This document shows, piece by piece, positions 49,549 to 63,439 of a stretch of DNA of 64,000 nt (position 1 is the first letter of the stretch; the number at the start of each line of letters is the position of its first letter). The notes below the pieces were generated by a model. The model searched no databases. It was not told the origin of the DNA and worked only from the letters and a program-made list of their open reading frames with translations. Both the position numbers and the translations under genes were made by a program. Source of the DNA: Octopus sinensis (Eukaryota); NCBI RefSeq assembly GCF_006345805.1, contig NC_043017.1, positions 4,898,001-4,962,000 of the forward strand, read 5' to 3'.

Positions 49549-49830
49549 ATAAATATTACGTGAGTTCGTGTGTTGAAGCATATTCTGTTGTGTCTGGGGA
49601 GAGTCATTTTCTTTTTGTGCCTTATAATTTAACACACTCACTGGTAAAATTTCCGCTTATTTCTTACTTTTATTTTCCTAAAATTTTCGTTGCGTCGACT
49701 ATTGAAAGGGTTGCAAGACGCAACGAAAATTTGAGGAAAATAAAAATAAGAAATAAGCGGAAATTTTACCGGTGAATGTGTTGAATTATAAAGGCACAAA
49801 AAGAAAATGACTCTCCCCAGGCACAACAGA
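49549..49830. mobile_element. Head-to-head inverted pair of subfamily 3 elements (arms 49584-49696 and 49717-49830, 20-nt loop)
   Basis: Arms of ~113 bp are near-perfect reverse complements; the right arm carries a hammerhead-like motif at 49698-49736. Confidence 0.8.
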
Positions 49831-51031
49831 TTGTAAAAAGATAGAATTGTAAATGCTGGCTGGTTAAAAGAAACCAGATTGCCTGGGTGTGCAAGGGAAA
49901 TAACTCTATATTACTAACTCGATCAGGTGAGCATGTTTTGAGTTACTTCCCTTCCCTCATTAAGCTATTTCTTTAAAAGTCAATTAGTTCTATCACTATA
50001 AATCTACCGCATCAGGTACGACGACAAAAATCATCAAATTTCTCTATATATATAAAGCTGAAGTTGTCTGTGTGTGTGTGGCAGGTTTGGTAGCCTTCAA
50101 CTAACACTATCTCCTCCGAGACCCTGCGGCGCAAGTTGACCAAAATTGAGAGTATGATAGAAGAAGGCTTGCTCTTCATTCCGTAGAAGAAAAAATTCAA
50201 ATAGGACCCTCCCCCCCTACACACATACACATCATTTGTTTGTGTTTGTGCAGCACAGGATCGTTTCAGTTTCCATCTCCAAAATTCCTTTACAAGTCAT
50301 CGGTCAGCTTAGGAATATAGTAGAAGGTACTCACCCAACAAGGCAGCGTCACACGATGGGACTGAACCCAAAGCCATGAAATGGAGGAGCAAACTTCTTA
50401 GCCACACATACATACATACCACCTTATATGTGTGTGTGTGTGTATGTATATTATATATATATATATGTATATATTATTTATGTATATATTGTATATGTAT
50501 ATATATATGTATATGTTATATATATATATATATATGTATTTATATATATATATATATATATATTTATATTATATATATGTGTGTATATATGTTATATATT
50601 ATATATATATATTATTTATATATATATATAATGTGTGTATATATTATATGTATATATATTTATATTTAATATATATATATATGTGTGTATATATATAATG
50701 TGTTATATATGATTATATTATATATTTATATATATATATATGTGTGTATATATATGTATATATATGTGTATATATATATATATATTTATGTATATATATG
50801 TATATATATGTCTATATATTGTATAGATATGTATATATATGTATGTATATATATGTATATTATATATATATATATAATATATATATGTATGTATATGTAT
50901 GTATATATGTATGTATATGTATGTATATATATTTATGTATGTATAGTATGTATATATATTTATGTATGTATATATATCATATATATATATATATGTATGT
51001 ATGTATATGTATGTATATATATTTATGTATG

Positions 51032-51079
<48 letters not shown>

Positions 51080-51109
51080 ATGTATGTATATATATTTATG
51101 TATGTATAT

Positions 51110-52710
51110 ATCATCATCATCATCGTCGTTTAACGTCCGTTCTCCATGCTAGCATGGGTTGGACGGTTCGACCGGGGTTCTGGGAAGCCAGAAGGCTGCA
51201 CCAGGCTCCAGTCTAATTGGCAATGTTTCTACAGCTGGATGCCCTTCCTAACGCCAACCACTCCGTGAGTGTAGTGGGTGCTTTTATACGTGCCACCTGC
51301 ACAGGTCCAGGCGGGGCTGGCAACGGCCACGGTCAGATGTGTATTTTATGTGCCACCGGCACGGAAGCCAGTCGAGGCGGTGCTGGCATCGGCCACGAGT
51401 CGGATAGTGCTTTTACGTACCACCAGACCAGGGATCCTGGCTGGTTCAATTCGATTCGATTTCGCTTGCCCCAACATGTCTTCACAAGCAAAGGGGTTGG
51501 CAAGGGTGCCTGTCGTCGGTCGCATTGGAGTATTTTACGTGCCACGGCCACGAGTCGGATGAGTGCTTTTTACGTACACCAGACCAGGATCCTGGCTGGT
51601 TCAATTCGATTTCGATTTCGCTTGCCCCAACATGTCTTCACAAGCAAAGGGGTTGGCATGGTGCCTGTCGTACGGTCGCATTGGAGTATTTTACGTGCCA
51701 CGGCCCGAGTCGGATAGTGCTTTTTACGTACCACCAGGCCAGGGATCCTGGCTGGTTCAATTCGGTTTTCGTTTCGCTTGCCCCAACATGTCTTCGCAAG
51801 CATGGGGGGTTGGGATGGATGTCTGTCGTCGGATGAGGTTCTATATCGACTTCGCTTGCCTCAACCGGTCTTTGTGTCCAAGGGAGGAAAGGCATTCATA
51901 AGTGGGCTGGGCTCACTTGTCCTGCCTGGTCTTCTCACGTACAGAATATTTCAAAGGTCTCGGTCTCTGGTCATTTCCTCAGTGAGGCCTAAAGTTCGAA
52001 GGTCGTGCTTCACACCACCTCGTCCCAGGTTTTCCTGGGTCTACCTCTTCCACGGGTTCCCTCAACTGCTAGGGATTGGCACTTTCTCACACACCTATCT
52101 TCATCCATTCTCGCCACATGACCATACCAGCGCAATCGTCTCTCTTGCCACCACAACTGATGCTTCTTAGGTACAACATTTCTCTGAAGGTGCTAACGCT
52201 CTGTCGAGTATGTACACTGACATTACACATCCATCGGAGCATACTGGCTTCATTCCTCACGAGCTTACGCATGTCCTCAGCAGTCACAGCCCATTTTCGC
52301 TGCCATGTAGCATGGCTGTTCGTACACACGCATCATACAGTCTGCCTTTTACTCTGAGCGAGAGGCCTTTAGTCACCAGCAGAGGTAAGAGCTCCCTAAA
52401 CTTTGCCCAGGCTATTCTTATTCTAGCAGTTACACTTTCAGCGCACCCACCCCCACTACTGACTTGGTCACCTAGATAACGAAGCTTCAACTACTTCTAG
52501 TTTTTCCCCCTGAAAGTGACGGAAGTTGTTTTCTGCAGATTTTTCGAGGTTAATGCTCCCGAGCATCTGCCACATATACAAAAAACTATCTTCCCAGTAG
52601 CCTACCTTTGACATTGCTGCACCTCTTATGTGTCCATAGCTTACACTGGGTACATCTATAGAGTTTCTACCTACACCTTTTCTACAGATCGAGCAGGCCA
52701 TCTTCCTGAA
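51110..52710 (-). mobile_element. 5'-truncated RTE-clade LINE: frameshifted ORF2 C-terminal part (51913-52710) plus ~800 nt 3' UTR with a 155-bp internal repeat
   Basis: [79 protein letters not shown]. Confidence 0.9.
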
Positions 52711-52744
52711 GATATTTGTGGATTGTCTACCTTTCTACTTATTA

Positions 52745-52748
52745 GTAC

Positions 52749-52787
<39 letters not shown>

Positions 52788-52842
52788 TATATTATATATA
52801 TATATATGTATGTATGTATATGTATGTATATATGCATATATG

Positions 52843-52875
<33 letters not shown>

Positions 52876-53181
52876 GTATGTATGTATATATGTATATGTA
52901 TGTATGTATATATGTATATATATGTGTGTATATTATATATGTATGTATGTATATATGTATATATGTGTGTATATATATATGTATGTATATATATGTGTAT
53001 ATATATGTGTATATATATGTATGTATGTATGTATATATATATATGTATGTATGTATATATGTATATATATGTGTATATATATGTATATATGTATATATAT
53101 GTGTATATATGTGTATATATATATGTATGTATATATATGTATATATATATATATGTATATATATATGTATGTATATATATG

Positions 53182-53218
<37 letters not shown>

Positions 53219-53437
53219 GTGTATATATATGTGTATATATATATGTATATATATATATGTATGTATATATATGTATATATATATGTATGTATATATATGT
53301 ATATATATATATATGTATGTATATATATGTATATATATGTATGTATATATATGTATATATATGTATGTATATATATATATATATGTATGTATATATATGT
53401 ATATATATATATGTATATATATGTATATATATATATG

Positions 53438-53497
<60 letters not shown>

Positions 53498-53500
53498 TAT
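52745..53500. repeat. Long (TA)n/(TATG)n compound microsatellite
   Basis: Directly visible; source of the 187-349 aa YI/HT ORFs. Confidence 0.95.
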
Positions 53501-54296
53501 AAGTTGCCAAATAATTTTCGGGCCTTGTGCCTAGAGTAGGAAAGAATATTTTATAAGTTTTGTTTTTGTTTTCGTTTTGTATTATGTATTGTTTTAGCCG
53601 TGCATATTGTTGTGTGTTTGTTGTATTGTATTGTGTTTTGTTATTGCTTATCATAAAGTTCAAACGTTTGTCTCTCTTTTTTATTCTCACCATCATGACC
53701 ATCACAACACCAACAAGCATAACTAGAGCAATCAGAATTGGTATTGTTGTCCCTCTTGTAATATCCTGTTCTCCTTACAGGATTGGCTCAAACACATGAC
53801 TGTCCACTTTGGGACACACACAGATATCCTATGGGAGAGACAGAGAGAGAGTATAAGTGTGTGTGTGTGTGTGTATGTGTGCAAGAAGATGAGAGAGAGG
53901 GATGAAGAGAAAGAATGTGCATATGAGAGAGGAGGAGAGTGTGTGTGTAGTGGGGGATATATGTAAGGATTGTAGAGAAAAGGGTTTGTGCTCTTTACAG
54001 CATATGTGTGTGTGTGCTACATAAATAGATACACATGCATGCACACCGCACACACACAAATAAATACATACCCATGCACATACACATATACATGCATGCA
54101 CAAACAAATATAGGCACACACACACACAAATACACACGCACTCACACAAACATGCACACTCACACACATACACACAAACATGCGTATGCACACTCACACA
54201 CACATAAAAACATGCACACTCACACACAGACACACACGCATGTACACATACAGACGCATGCGCATGCACTCACTCACATGTGCATCCACACTAATA

Positions 54297-54331
<35 letters not shown>

Positions 54332-54444
54332 CTCTTCATCCATACATAGTTGTGTTGACGTGTACCCAGATACATGTAAACCAATTACAAAGCCAAACAG
54401 GTTCTCTTCCTGCACATGCTGCACATACGAGTGACACGCACCCA

Positions 54445-54625
54445 CATTTTGTCGAGCATATTAACCCCAGGACTTATTCTTTGTAAGCCTAGCACTTATT
54501 CTATCGGTCTGTTTCGCCGAACCGCTAAGTGACGGGGACGTGAACACACCATCATCGGTTGTCAAGCAATGCTAGGGGGACAAACACAGACACACAAACA
54601 CACAGACACACATATATACATATAT
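54445..54625 (-). mobile_element. SINE family A 3' half, interrupted at its microsatellite
   Basis: Consensus sequence. Confidence 0.75.
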
Positions 54626-54627
54626 AG

Positions 54628-54840
54628 TTCAATATGTGACCGCGTGTGTACCGCTGGCGATTTTCTTTCTCTGTTTTCCCTTCCTTGGACCTTTCCTTTT
54701 CCTATGTTTCTGACGAAGAGCTCTGCTCGAAACGTTAAAATCCTCCTTCTTTCTTTCCTTTCCGGCGCGTCCAATAACACTATACTTGTTCCACGTCCTC
54801 GCGTTGTTGTGTTTTCTCTTTGTTCATATTTGGATTAACT
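54628..54840 (+). mobile_element. Hammerhead-bearing element subfamily 1, second copy
   Basis: Same ends as 8968-9182. Confidence 0.7.
54706..54740 (+). ncRNA. Minimal type-I hammerhead motif (GUU triplet)
   Basis: CUGACGA-A-GAGC-ucu-GCUC-GAAA-CGUU, stem I ttt/aaa. Confidence 0.65.
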
Positions 54841-54855
54841 ATATATACACATATG

Positions 54856-54904
<49 letters not shown>

Positions 54905-55034
54905 GTACACACATATATATGTATACATATATACACGTACTTATGTATATATGTACATACATATATACACACACACATATATATACATTTTAACCCACAT
55001 ACAGATACATACATATATATACATGCACACACAT

Positions 55035-55067
<33 letters not shown>

Positions 55068-55929
55068 CACACACATATACAATGAGTGAATGAGAATTGA
55101 AACATATGAGCCTAACCCATGTGTATTTTTTTTCTGGTTTTCTTCTTTTTTTATCTCCTTTTTTCTCTTCCTTCTCTTCCCAATCACTCCCGGACTTTTC
55201 CCTCTATTATCTGACAAAGGACTGTCTCTCTCTCTCTCTCTCCCCCTCTCTCTCTGCCCCCCTCTCTCTCTCTCTGTTCTCATTTGTCTCTTTCTCCCTC
55301 AAACATTATCCCTCTCTCTTTAACCCTATCTATCTTTCTGTATGTTTGTCTGTCTCTCTCTCTCTCTCTCTCTCTCCCTCTCTCTCTACCTCTCTCTCTC
55401 TTACTTTCCCTCTAGAACTTTTGCTCCTTCCTTCACCTCCAACCCAGTACTTATTGACTGTGAACTTATCTTGTACTTTTTGTTCTATTTTTTTCTCTTT
55501 TGTTATTTGTATTTCTACTTTCCCCATAGATTCATCATCATCATCATCATCGTCATCACATCCATTTTGCCGTGCTCCAAGCAAGGAAATATTTTCCCAG
55601 ACATGTTTTGTGCAGAATTTTGGTAATGAATCACATTGTTTGTGTGACAGTGACAGACCATTTACAGTTATCAAACAATGTCAAGGAGCCACACACACAC
55701 ACACACACGCACACACACACGCACACACAAACATACACACACACACACACACACGCACAGATGCTCGCACACATGTGACTAGCTGCTTCTAGTTTCCGTC
55801 TCCAAAACCCACAAGGCTTCAGTCAACCCAAGGCTACACAGTAAAAGACAGATGCCCAAAGTACCATGCAGTAGGATTGAACCTAGAACCATACTTTTAA
55901 GAAACCAATTTATTACCACTCAACTACAT

Positions 55930-56320
55930 GTGATATCATCATCATTTAACGTCCGCTTTCCTTGCTGGCATGGGCTGGACGATTTGACTGAGGGCTCGCC
56001 AACCAGACTCCAGTCTGATCTGGCAGAGTTTCTACGGCTGGATGCCCTTCCTAACGCCAACCACTCCGAGAGTGTAGTGGGTGCTTTTTACATGCCACCA
56101 GCACAGGGGCCAGACTGGCGTCCCATCGAGCTGGGGAACACATACGCCATTGAAACCAGGAAACCAGGCCCATGAGCCTGGTTAGGCTTTAAAAGGGTGC
56201 ATTTAGTTTATAAAAGAGGATAAGCACAATTGACCTTGGTGGAATTTGAACTCAGAATTTAAAGAAGAATGAAACTCCGCTAAGCATTTTGCCTGGCATG
56301 CTAACGATTCTGCCAGCTTA
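55930..56320. mobile_element. RTE 3' end (-) fused to a SINE F tail (+), then a SINE B fragment
   Basis: Junction within ccagactggcg|tcccatc. Confidence 0.65.
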
Positions 56321-56703
56321 CCATTTTAAACTAACCAATAGTGTTGAGCATAAACAGATTTCAGTACAAAGTCAGGTTATCAAATAATAATAATAACCCT
56401 GAGTAGGGAATTATTTTGGAAGACCAACATTATCAAAACTAAACACAATTTCCAGGAAAAGAATGACGGTGATTTTTCCACAGTGTTGACTTTACAGCAG
56501 GTGTGCTTTTTTGGCTTGTACTAGTAAAGTTCAAAGGTTATATATATATATATATATATATATGTATTATGCGTGTGTATATATATTATACACACATGCA
56601 CATATGTGTCTATATGTATATTCATATGTCCCTCCTATGTCAGCATGGAAGGCGGACATTAAATGGTGATGATATATACATACTTACATCTATGTTTGTG
56701 TAT

Positions 56704-56745
<42 letters not shown>

Positions 56746-57104
56746 TACATACATACATACATATATATATATATATATGCACATACATACACACACACAT
56801 GCATACATACACACGTATATACACATTCATATGTATACATACACACACATCACATATATAGGTATACATGTATGATGAAACACATATACACACAACACAC
56901 TTTGGTACAGAATTTACTAAATGTCACTCTGGTAGCATTGGGGAACCTGAGACCATAACAGACAATATTTGCCCAAGGTGCCATGCAGTGGGACTGAACC
57001 TGGAACCTTGTGGTTTGTAAGCAAACTACCTCCCACACAGCCACTCCTGCACCTATGTTCACTTTCCTCTTTTAACGTAGAGTAAATTTTCACTGGTCAC
57101 CTCC

Positions 57105-57345
57105 TTGGTACCAAAGTTTTAGCCAGCATCCTTTTAAATTTTAAGGTCTTACAGATGTTTGCAGTCCCAGATACCACCATCATTTGTAGTGTCTGAATTA
57201 AGGATATGCATTCTGTCCTCAAGATCTCAAAGTTCTGCTGTACTTTACTCAAATCGGGTTGGTATGTACCCTGTTGCTCCAATGATAATAGATATGACTC
57301 TAAAAGTGTATCTTGGGTACTGGGTTTGAAAACTTCTTCTATATA
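57105..57345 (-). mobile_element. R4/Dong-like (RLE) LINE C-terminal fragment
   Basis: YPRYTFRVISIIIGATGYIP / LQMMVVSGTANICKTLK matches the PIIIGALG...LQK..LLGTA.I.RK.L terminus; one frameshift. Confidence 0.7.
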
Positions 57346-59219
57346 TTGTTTCAGAAAAATACAATTTCCTGTTAGTTTTATTTAACGGGACAACAAATTC
57401 GATAAATGTAAACTTTGGTCTGGCACCGCTTTTTCCATTTATGTTTGGGTGAGCAAAAACTGATTAAATCAAGACCTCCAGTACCAAAATATGTTCATGC
57501 TATCTAGAGAATTCATGGAGGGAGATTTAGCTGTTGTATTGAGCAAGTTAGACGGCTATTTAGAAAGCCTATTGTCGGATCATAAAAGAATTTTATTGTT
57601 GAATCATGAGATGGGCCAATGGAGGGTTTTTTTTTGTTTATTTTTATTTTGGCAATTATCAAAGGAAATAATGAAATATAAAAATAATAATTATAAAATG
57701 GATCGAAAAATAGAGAGAAAAATATGAGATAAAAAGTGGAAAAAATGGAAAAAACCGTATTTTTGTAACTTTATTTATTTATTCATATTACAAGCCATTC
57801 CATCAGTAGGTTTTTGTCTTGTTTTTTTTTTCCAGTTTTTTTTTTGTTATATGGTATTGTTGTTGTAGTTGTTGTTCTGGTCTTCATTGTAAACAATGTC
57901 AGCAACATCTGTTGTTGTTGTTGTTGTTGGTGGTGGTGTTGATGTTGGTGCTATTGGTGGTGATGGTGGGTATGGTAGTGTTGTCGGGGTGATGGTGGTG
58001 GTGGAGTGATATCGGTGGTATGATATTGGTGGTCGTGGTATTGGTTGGCGTTGATGGTGGTGGTGATGGTGGGGGGGATGTTGTTGTCGTTGGTGGTGGT
58101 GGGGGTGCAGGCGATTGTTTTTGGTGCCGCTACTCAGTTTTCACACAGATTAAAAAGAGAGAGAGAGAAGAAAAAAAAATTAAAAATAAAACAAAATATA
58201 TACATATTAAACAAAAAAAAAACCCCAACAAAATAACCCACTAAAACAACAACAACAGCAACAACAATATTATTTCATCGAGCTGTGAAAATGTGGGAAA
58301 TTGCACAAAATTGTTTCCAATTACGGTCGGAATATTCCATTCAGGAAGTGAGTGATTTTGAAGCCATGCCCCCCCTTCAAATACTAATTGTCTTTGGAAA
58401 GTCTGCTTCAGATGTAACAGCGTAACCTTTGGAAACATCTTCAAGCTAATTATTATTACAAATAGAAAGCTTCAAGACTGAAAACGGTCCGCTTGTAATG
58501 TTTCTGCCTTCGTTACCCCACCCACCCAACCACCCAACCACCCCACCATCTTTCTATTATTATTATCATAATCATTATTATTATTATTATCGGTAGTAGT
58601 AGTAGTAGTAGTAGTAGTAGTATTTTGTTTTGGTATGTTTTTTGTGTTTCTTTTGCGCCGCTTTGGTTCCTCCTCCTCTTCCTTCTCCTCTTCTCTTTCG
58701 TATTGTAAATGGCTCTTTGGGATTCTGCCAGCGCCAATTTATTTCTCTCGGTTCCTTTTAGCCGGGCTTCATTATAAGAAATACATCCTGCGTTACGTGG
58801 TTATATAGCTGGAAGATATTCTAGAAGAAAGAATTCTGTTGTTATAATGGAAGAAAGTCTATTCAAATAGCTTCTGTTTCTGTTTTTTTTTTGTTTCTTT
58901 GTTGTTGTTTTTTTTGTTTTTGTATTTTTTTTTACTTCTAAATGATCAATATACACACACAAGCATAAACTTATATGCATACATACATACATGTACATGT
59001 ACACATATCTGTGCACATACATATATACACATATGCCAACACATAAATGCATATGTGCATGCATGAATATACAGACACAAACGCATACATATTTATGCAT
59101 GCATATACAGACACACATACACACCTGCATACACATACATGCATATATACACACATATACACACTTATGCATGCATTTATTCACATACACCCACATGCAC
59201 AAACATACATGCACACTGA

Positions 59220-59410
59220 TATCGTCATCATCATCATCATCATCACATCGTTTAACGTCTGTTTTCCATGCTAGCATGGGTTGGACAGTTTGACCGGGGT
59301 CTGGGAAGCCAGAGGAGGCTGCACCAGGCTCCAGTCTGATCTGGCAGTGCTTCTACAGCTGGATGCCCTTCCTAATGCCAACCACTCCGTGAGTGTAGTG
59401 GGTGCTTTAA
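59220..59410 (-). mobile_element. RTE 3' end (family C)
   Basis: Consensus sequence. Confidence 0.8.
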
Positions 59411-59606
59411 TCATCATCATCATCATTTTGATGTCCACTTTCCCATGCTTGAATGAGTTGGACGGAGTTTATTGAGACAAGTATTTCTTCTACAGCTGGA
59501 TGCCCTTCCTGTCATCAACCCTCACCTCTTCCCAAACGGGGTAATATTTCCCCATGGCCTGACTCTTTTCAGAAGAATATTAAAAACAAATGACGTTCAT
59601 ATAAAG

Positions 59607-59920
59607 CAGTGGTTCCCAACTTGGGCAGTATTGTCCCCCTGGGGGTGGTGTAAAGGACCAGGGAGAGGGGAGTGTTGAAGAAAAGTGGCGCAATAATGGG
59701 GTCGCTTTTCATGTAAAAATGTGGAGCGATAATGAAGTAGTGATTCATGTAAAGACAAAATAATGGGTTCATTAGGTTAAGTTTTATTTCTGAAATAGAA
59801 TTAATTTGAATTTATTTCAGAAAGAGGTCTGTATTTGTGATGGTTTGCTGGGATGGGGGCACTAGGAATGTGGTCTGGGTGTGAAGGGGGCAGCAGCCTG
59901 AAAAAATTTGGGAATCACTG
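59607..59920. mobile_element. hAT (Charlie-like) MITE, 314 bp
   Basis: TIRs cagtggttcccaac / tttgggaatcactg; 8-bp flanks atataaag / gtttacag both fit NTNTANAN (5 of 8 identical). Confidence 0.7.
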
Positions 59921-60022
59921 GTTTACAGTAATCACACTGTGTCAAGACAAGGACACACACACACACACACACACACAAATGCATACATACACACACAGGC
60001 ACACACACAGAAATACAAACAG

Positions 60023-60060
<38 letters not shown>

Positions 60061-60279
60061 GCACACACACATACACAAATACACACGTGCACACACATAC
60101 ACACACACACACGCACACACACAGAAATACAAACAGGCACACACACACACAGAAATACAAACAGGCACACACACACACACACACACACAGAGGCACACAC
60201 ACATACACAAATACACACACACACACACACACACACACAAATACACACATACACAAACACATAAAAGCCTTCTTTCAGA

Positions 60280-60796
60280 TTCTCTCTCCTAAGTCCACTC
60301 AAAAATAATTCTGGTTGGCCTGGGGCTAAAATAGAAGATACTAGCCCCAAGGTGCCAAGCATTGGGACTGAACCCAAATTCACATGGCTGGGAGGCAAGT
60401 TTCTTAACCATCAGGCCACAATCGTCTCTCTCTCTCTCTCTCTTTGCTCTTTAACTCTTTCCAAAGCCATCAGCCAGGATGTCGTCATCGTCATTGTCAT
60501 CGCAACTGTGTGTTTTTATTCTTCAAACAAACAAAAAAAAAATGAAAAACTAAAGAAAACCAAAATAAAACAAAAACAACTTGTCCCCCCCCCTGTCACC
60601 CCCCCCATCGCCTAATCATAAAACGAAATCTATCGACTGACACAATCGATCAGATATATTTTCTGTTGCCATGGAAAACAATTGTTCTGAAATACCATTT
60701 TGTCAGTAATTCACTGAATTCTTTCAATGGAATCATAAATACTAAATAATGTTACATTTTACAACAGGTTTCACTGTGAATGGATACACACGCATA

Positions 60797-60834
<38 letters not shown>

Positions 60835-60938
60835 ACACACACACGCACACACACAAGCTCATTGGGAGTCATTGTTTTCATTCAAATGACACACTCTCTC
60901 TCTCTTATTCTTTCTTCTTTCTTTTTCTCCTTTACTAT

Positions 60939-60994
<56 letters not shown>

Positions 60995-61995
60995 TTCTGC
61001 TTCTTTTTCTTTCTTTTTTGTTTGTTTCAGTCATTGGTCTTTGGCCATGCTGGGGCACTGCCTTGAAGAATTTTAGTTGAAATAATCAACCTCAGTAGTA
61101 AAATTTTAAACCTTTTCATTATTCTGTCAGTCTCTTTTGCTGAGCTGCTAAGTTATGGAGAAGCAATTGCTTCTCTTTTCTCTCTCTCTCTCTCTTGTGC
61201 AACTTCTTGTTCACCATCCATTTCCTTGTGGCACTCATTGGTCTGTGGCCATGCTGGGGCACCACCTTGCAGGGTCTAGTTGAACAAATTGATCCCAATA
61301 CTTAATTTTCAGTCTTGTTCTCATCATGTCAGCCTCCTTGGCTGATTGGGACATAAATAAACCAACACTGGTTGTCAAGTTATGAGTTGGGGGGGGACAT
61401 GCATGAGCACAAAAACATACTCCACCTCCCCCCCATACACACACATAACAGAATTGAGATCCTATGCATACCAGCCTCCCCTCTCCACGCCAGCAGTGTT
61501 ATCCAAGGGAAAGGCAAAGGGGCCGATACAGCTTGGCCCCAGTGATGCTGCAACTCATTTCTACGGCTGAGTGAACTGGAGCAACGTGAAATAAAGTGTC
61601 TTGCTCAAGAACACAACACACAGCCTGCTCTGGGAATTGAGCTCACAACCTCATGATTGTCAGCTCGATACTCTGACTGCATGGCACCTTGGGCAAGTGT
61701 CTTCTACTATATCCTCAGGCTGACCAAATCCTTGTGAATGGATTTGGTAGACGGAAACTGAAAGAAGCACACCAAATATGTGTGTGTGTTTGTGTCTGTG
61801 TTTGTCCTCCACCACTGCTTGACATCTGGTGTTGGTGTGTTTATGTCCCTGCAACTTAGCAGTCCAGCAGAAGTGAGCAATAGAATAAGTACCACGTTTT
61901 AAAAATAGATACTGGAGTCAATCTGTCTGACTAAAATTCTTCAAGGGGGTGCCCCAGAATGGCCAGAGTCAAATAACTGAAACAAATAGAAGCGT
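60280..61995. mobile_element. Cluster of SINE A fragments (60280-60420, 61020-61385, 61680-61995) and a SINE E copy (-, 61460-61680)
   Basis: Consensus motifs. Confidence 0.7.
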
Positions 61996-63102
61996 AAAAG
62001 AAGAAATATATATATAAAAAGAAAAACATGGGAATGAGCATCTTGTGTCCCAACACCTAGAAACGGATGCGGCTGGTTTATTCCATGCTTCAACAATTCT
62101 GAGCGTAGAGAAAATGTTTCCGAAAGTCATGGGAGCTGTGCTTCATCACCATCATCATCATGATTCAGTGTTTTAAATCTAGGTTTTGTCCCCGTTAATG
62201 GGGGGTGGCCGGATCTGCTTCAATGCCATCGCAACTGAGGTAGGCAGGTGCAGCCCACCCCGACCTTTGAGCTGGCTGGTGCCCATTCTCCTTTGCTATC
62301 ATGGGGCTTTTTTGGAGCTGGATTTTCTACAGGGAGCATCCCCTTGCTTACCCCCAACCTTAGTTTCTAGACATGAGTGGTCCCTAGTCCTTGGCCTCTA
62401 CCACAATTTTTAAGAAATGTAGTGGAAAACTAGCTCAGGAAGGCAGGGACACTATTCCCTGAGACCCCTTTCAGAGATCCACCTCCCTTGTTTTTTGTTA
62501 TTTTCTAAGCATGCCTATGAGCGTTGGACATTTGGACTTCAAAAAAAGGGGCCCAAGGTTGTTGTTTTAGCTCACCCTCCCCCATCCGTCCATAGTCCAG
62601 CCTAGTGTCACAGAGAGACATGAGATGAGACGAGGCGAGACATAATTGTGTGTTCACAAGTGAGCCATTGTGTATTTGCTGTGGCCATATTTGAAGTGTC
62701 TTGCATTAAAATGCAGGCAGACATGAATCTCTCTTTGTGGAAGGCGAGGAAGGAGAGGAAGCAAGAGAAGCAGTAAGAGAAACAATTAAATGGTTTTATA
62801 TATATATATACCATCATTCAACATTTAACATCCGTCTTATATGACACACACAAACACATGCTTATATATGTATATTTTTATATGTACATGCACATATATA
62901 TATATACACACACATAGCTACATATGCACATACACACACACATATGTACATAAACACATATATATATATACATACACACACACATATATATATATATATA
63001 TACAGATACACACAAAAACATATACACATACACACACATATACGTACATATACATATATATATATATTACTCATACACACACATAGATACATATACACAC
63101 AT

Positions 63103-63141
<39 letters not shown>

Positions 63142-63439
63142 AACATATATACATACATATATTCATATGCATAAATATATATACATACTGTGTGTGTGTG
63201 TGTATATACTACTAATATCCACACACACACACACCCATATACATACATACTTACATGAACCATTTCTGCTGTATGTATCAATCAAATATTAGACTTGCTT
63301 TTCCCATCAAATATTCTGACATAAATTCGTTTTAGTGTGCTTTTTTCTTTTTCTTTTTTTTTTCTATAATTGTCTTCATTTTCACTTTGGAAAGATAAAG
63401 CCATATTTTGATGCGCAAAGCATAAATTTTTTTTTTTCA

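Noticed and set aside
58272-58346. Plus-strand AVKMWEIAQNCFQLRSEYSIQE ending at a gtgagt donor
   Set aside because: The only upstream acceptor is a disfavoured GAG; no homology recognised.
62453-62476. tccctgagaccc, matching the 5' end of miR-125/lin-4
   Set aside because: The match stops at about 12-13 nt and there is no downstream 3p arm or miR-100/let-7 neighbour; similar words occur near 34240.
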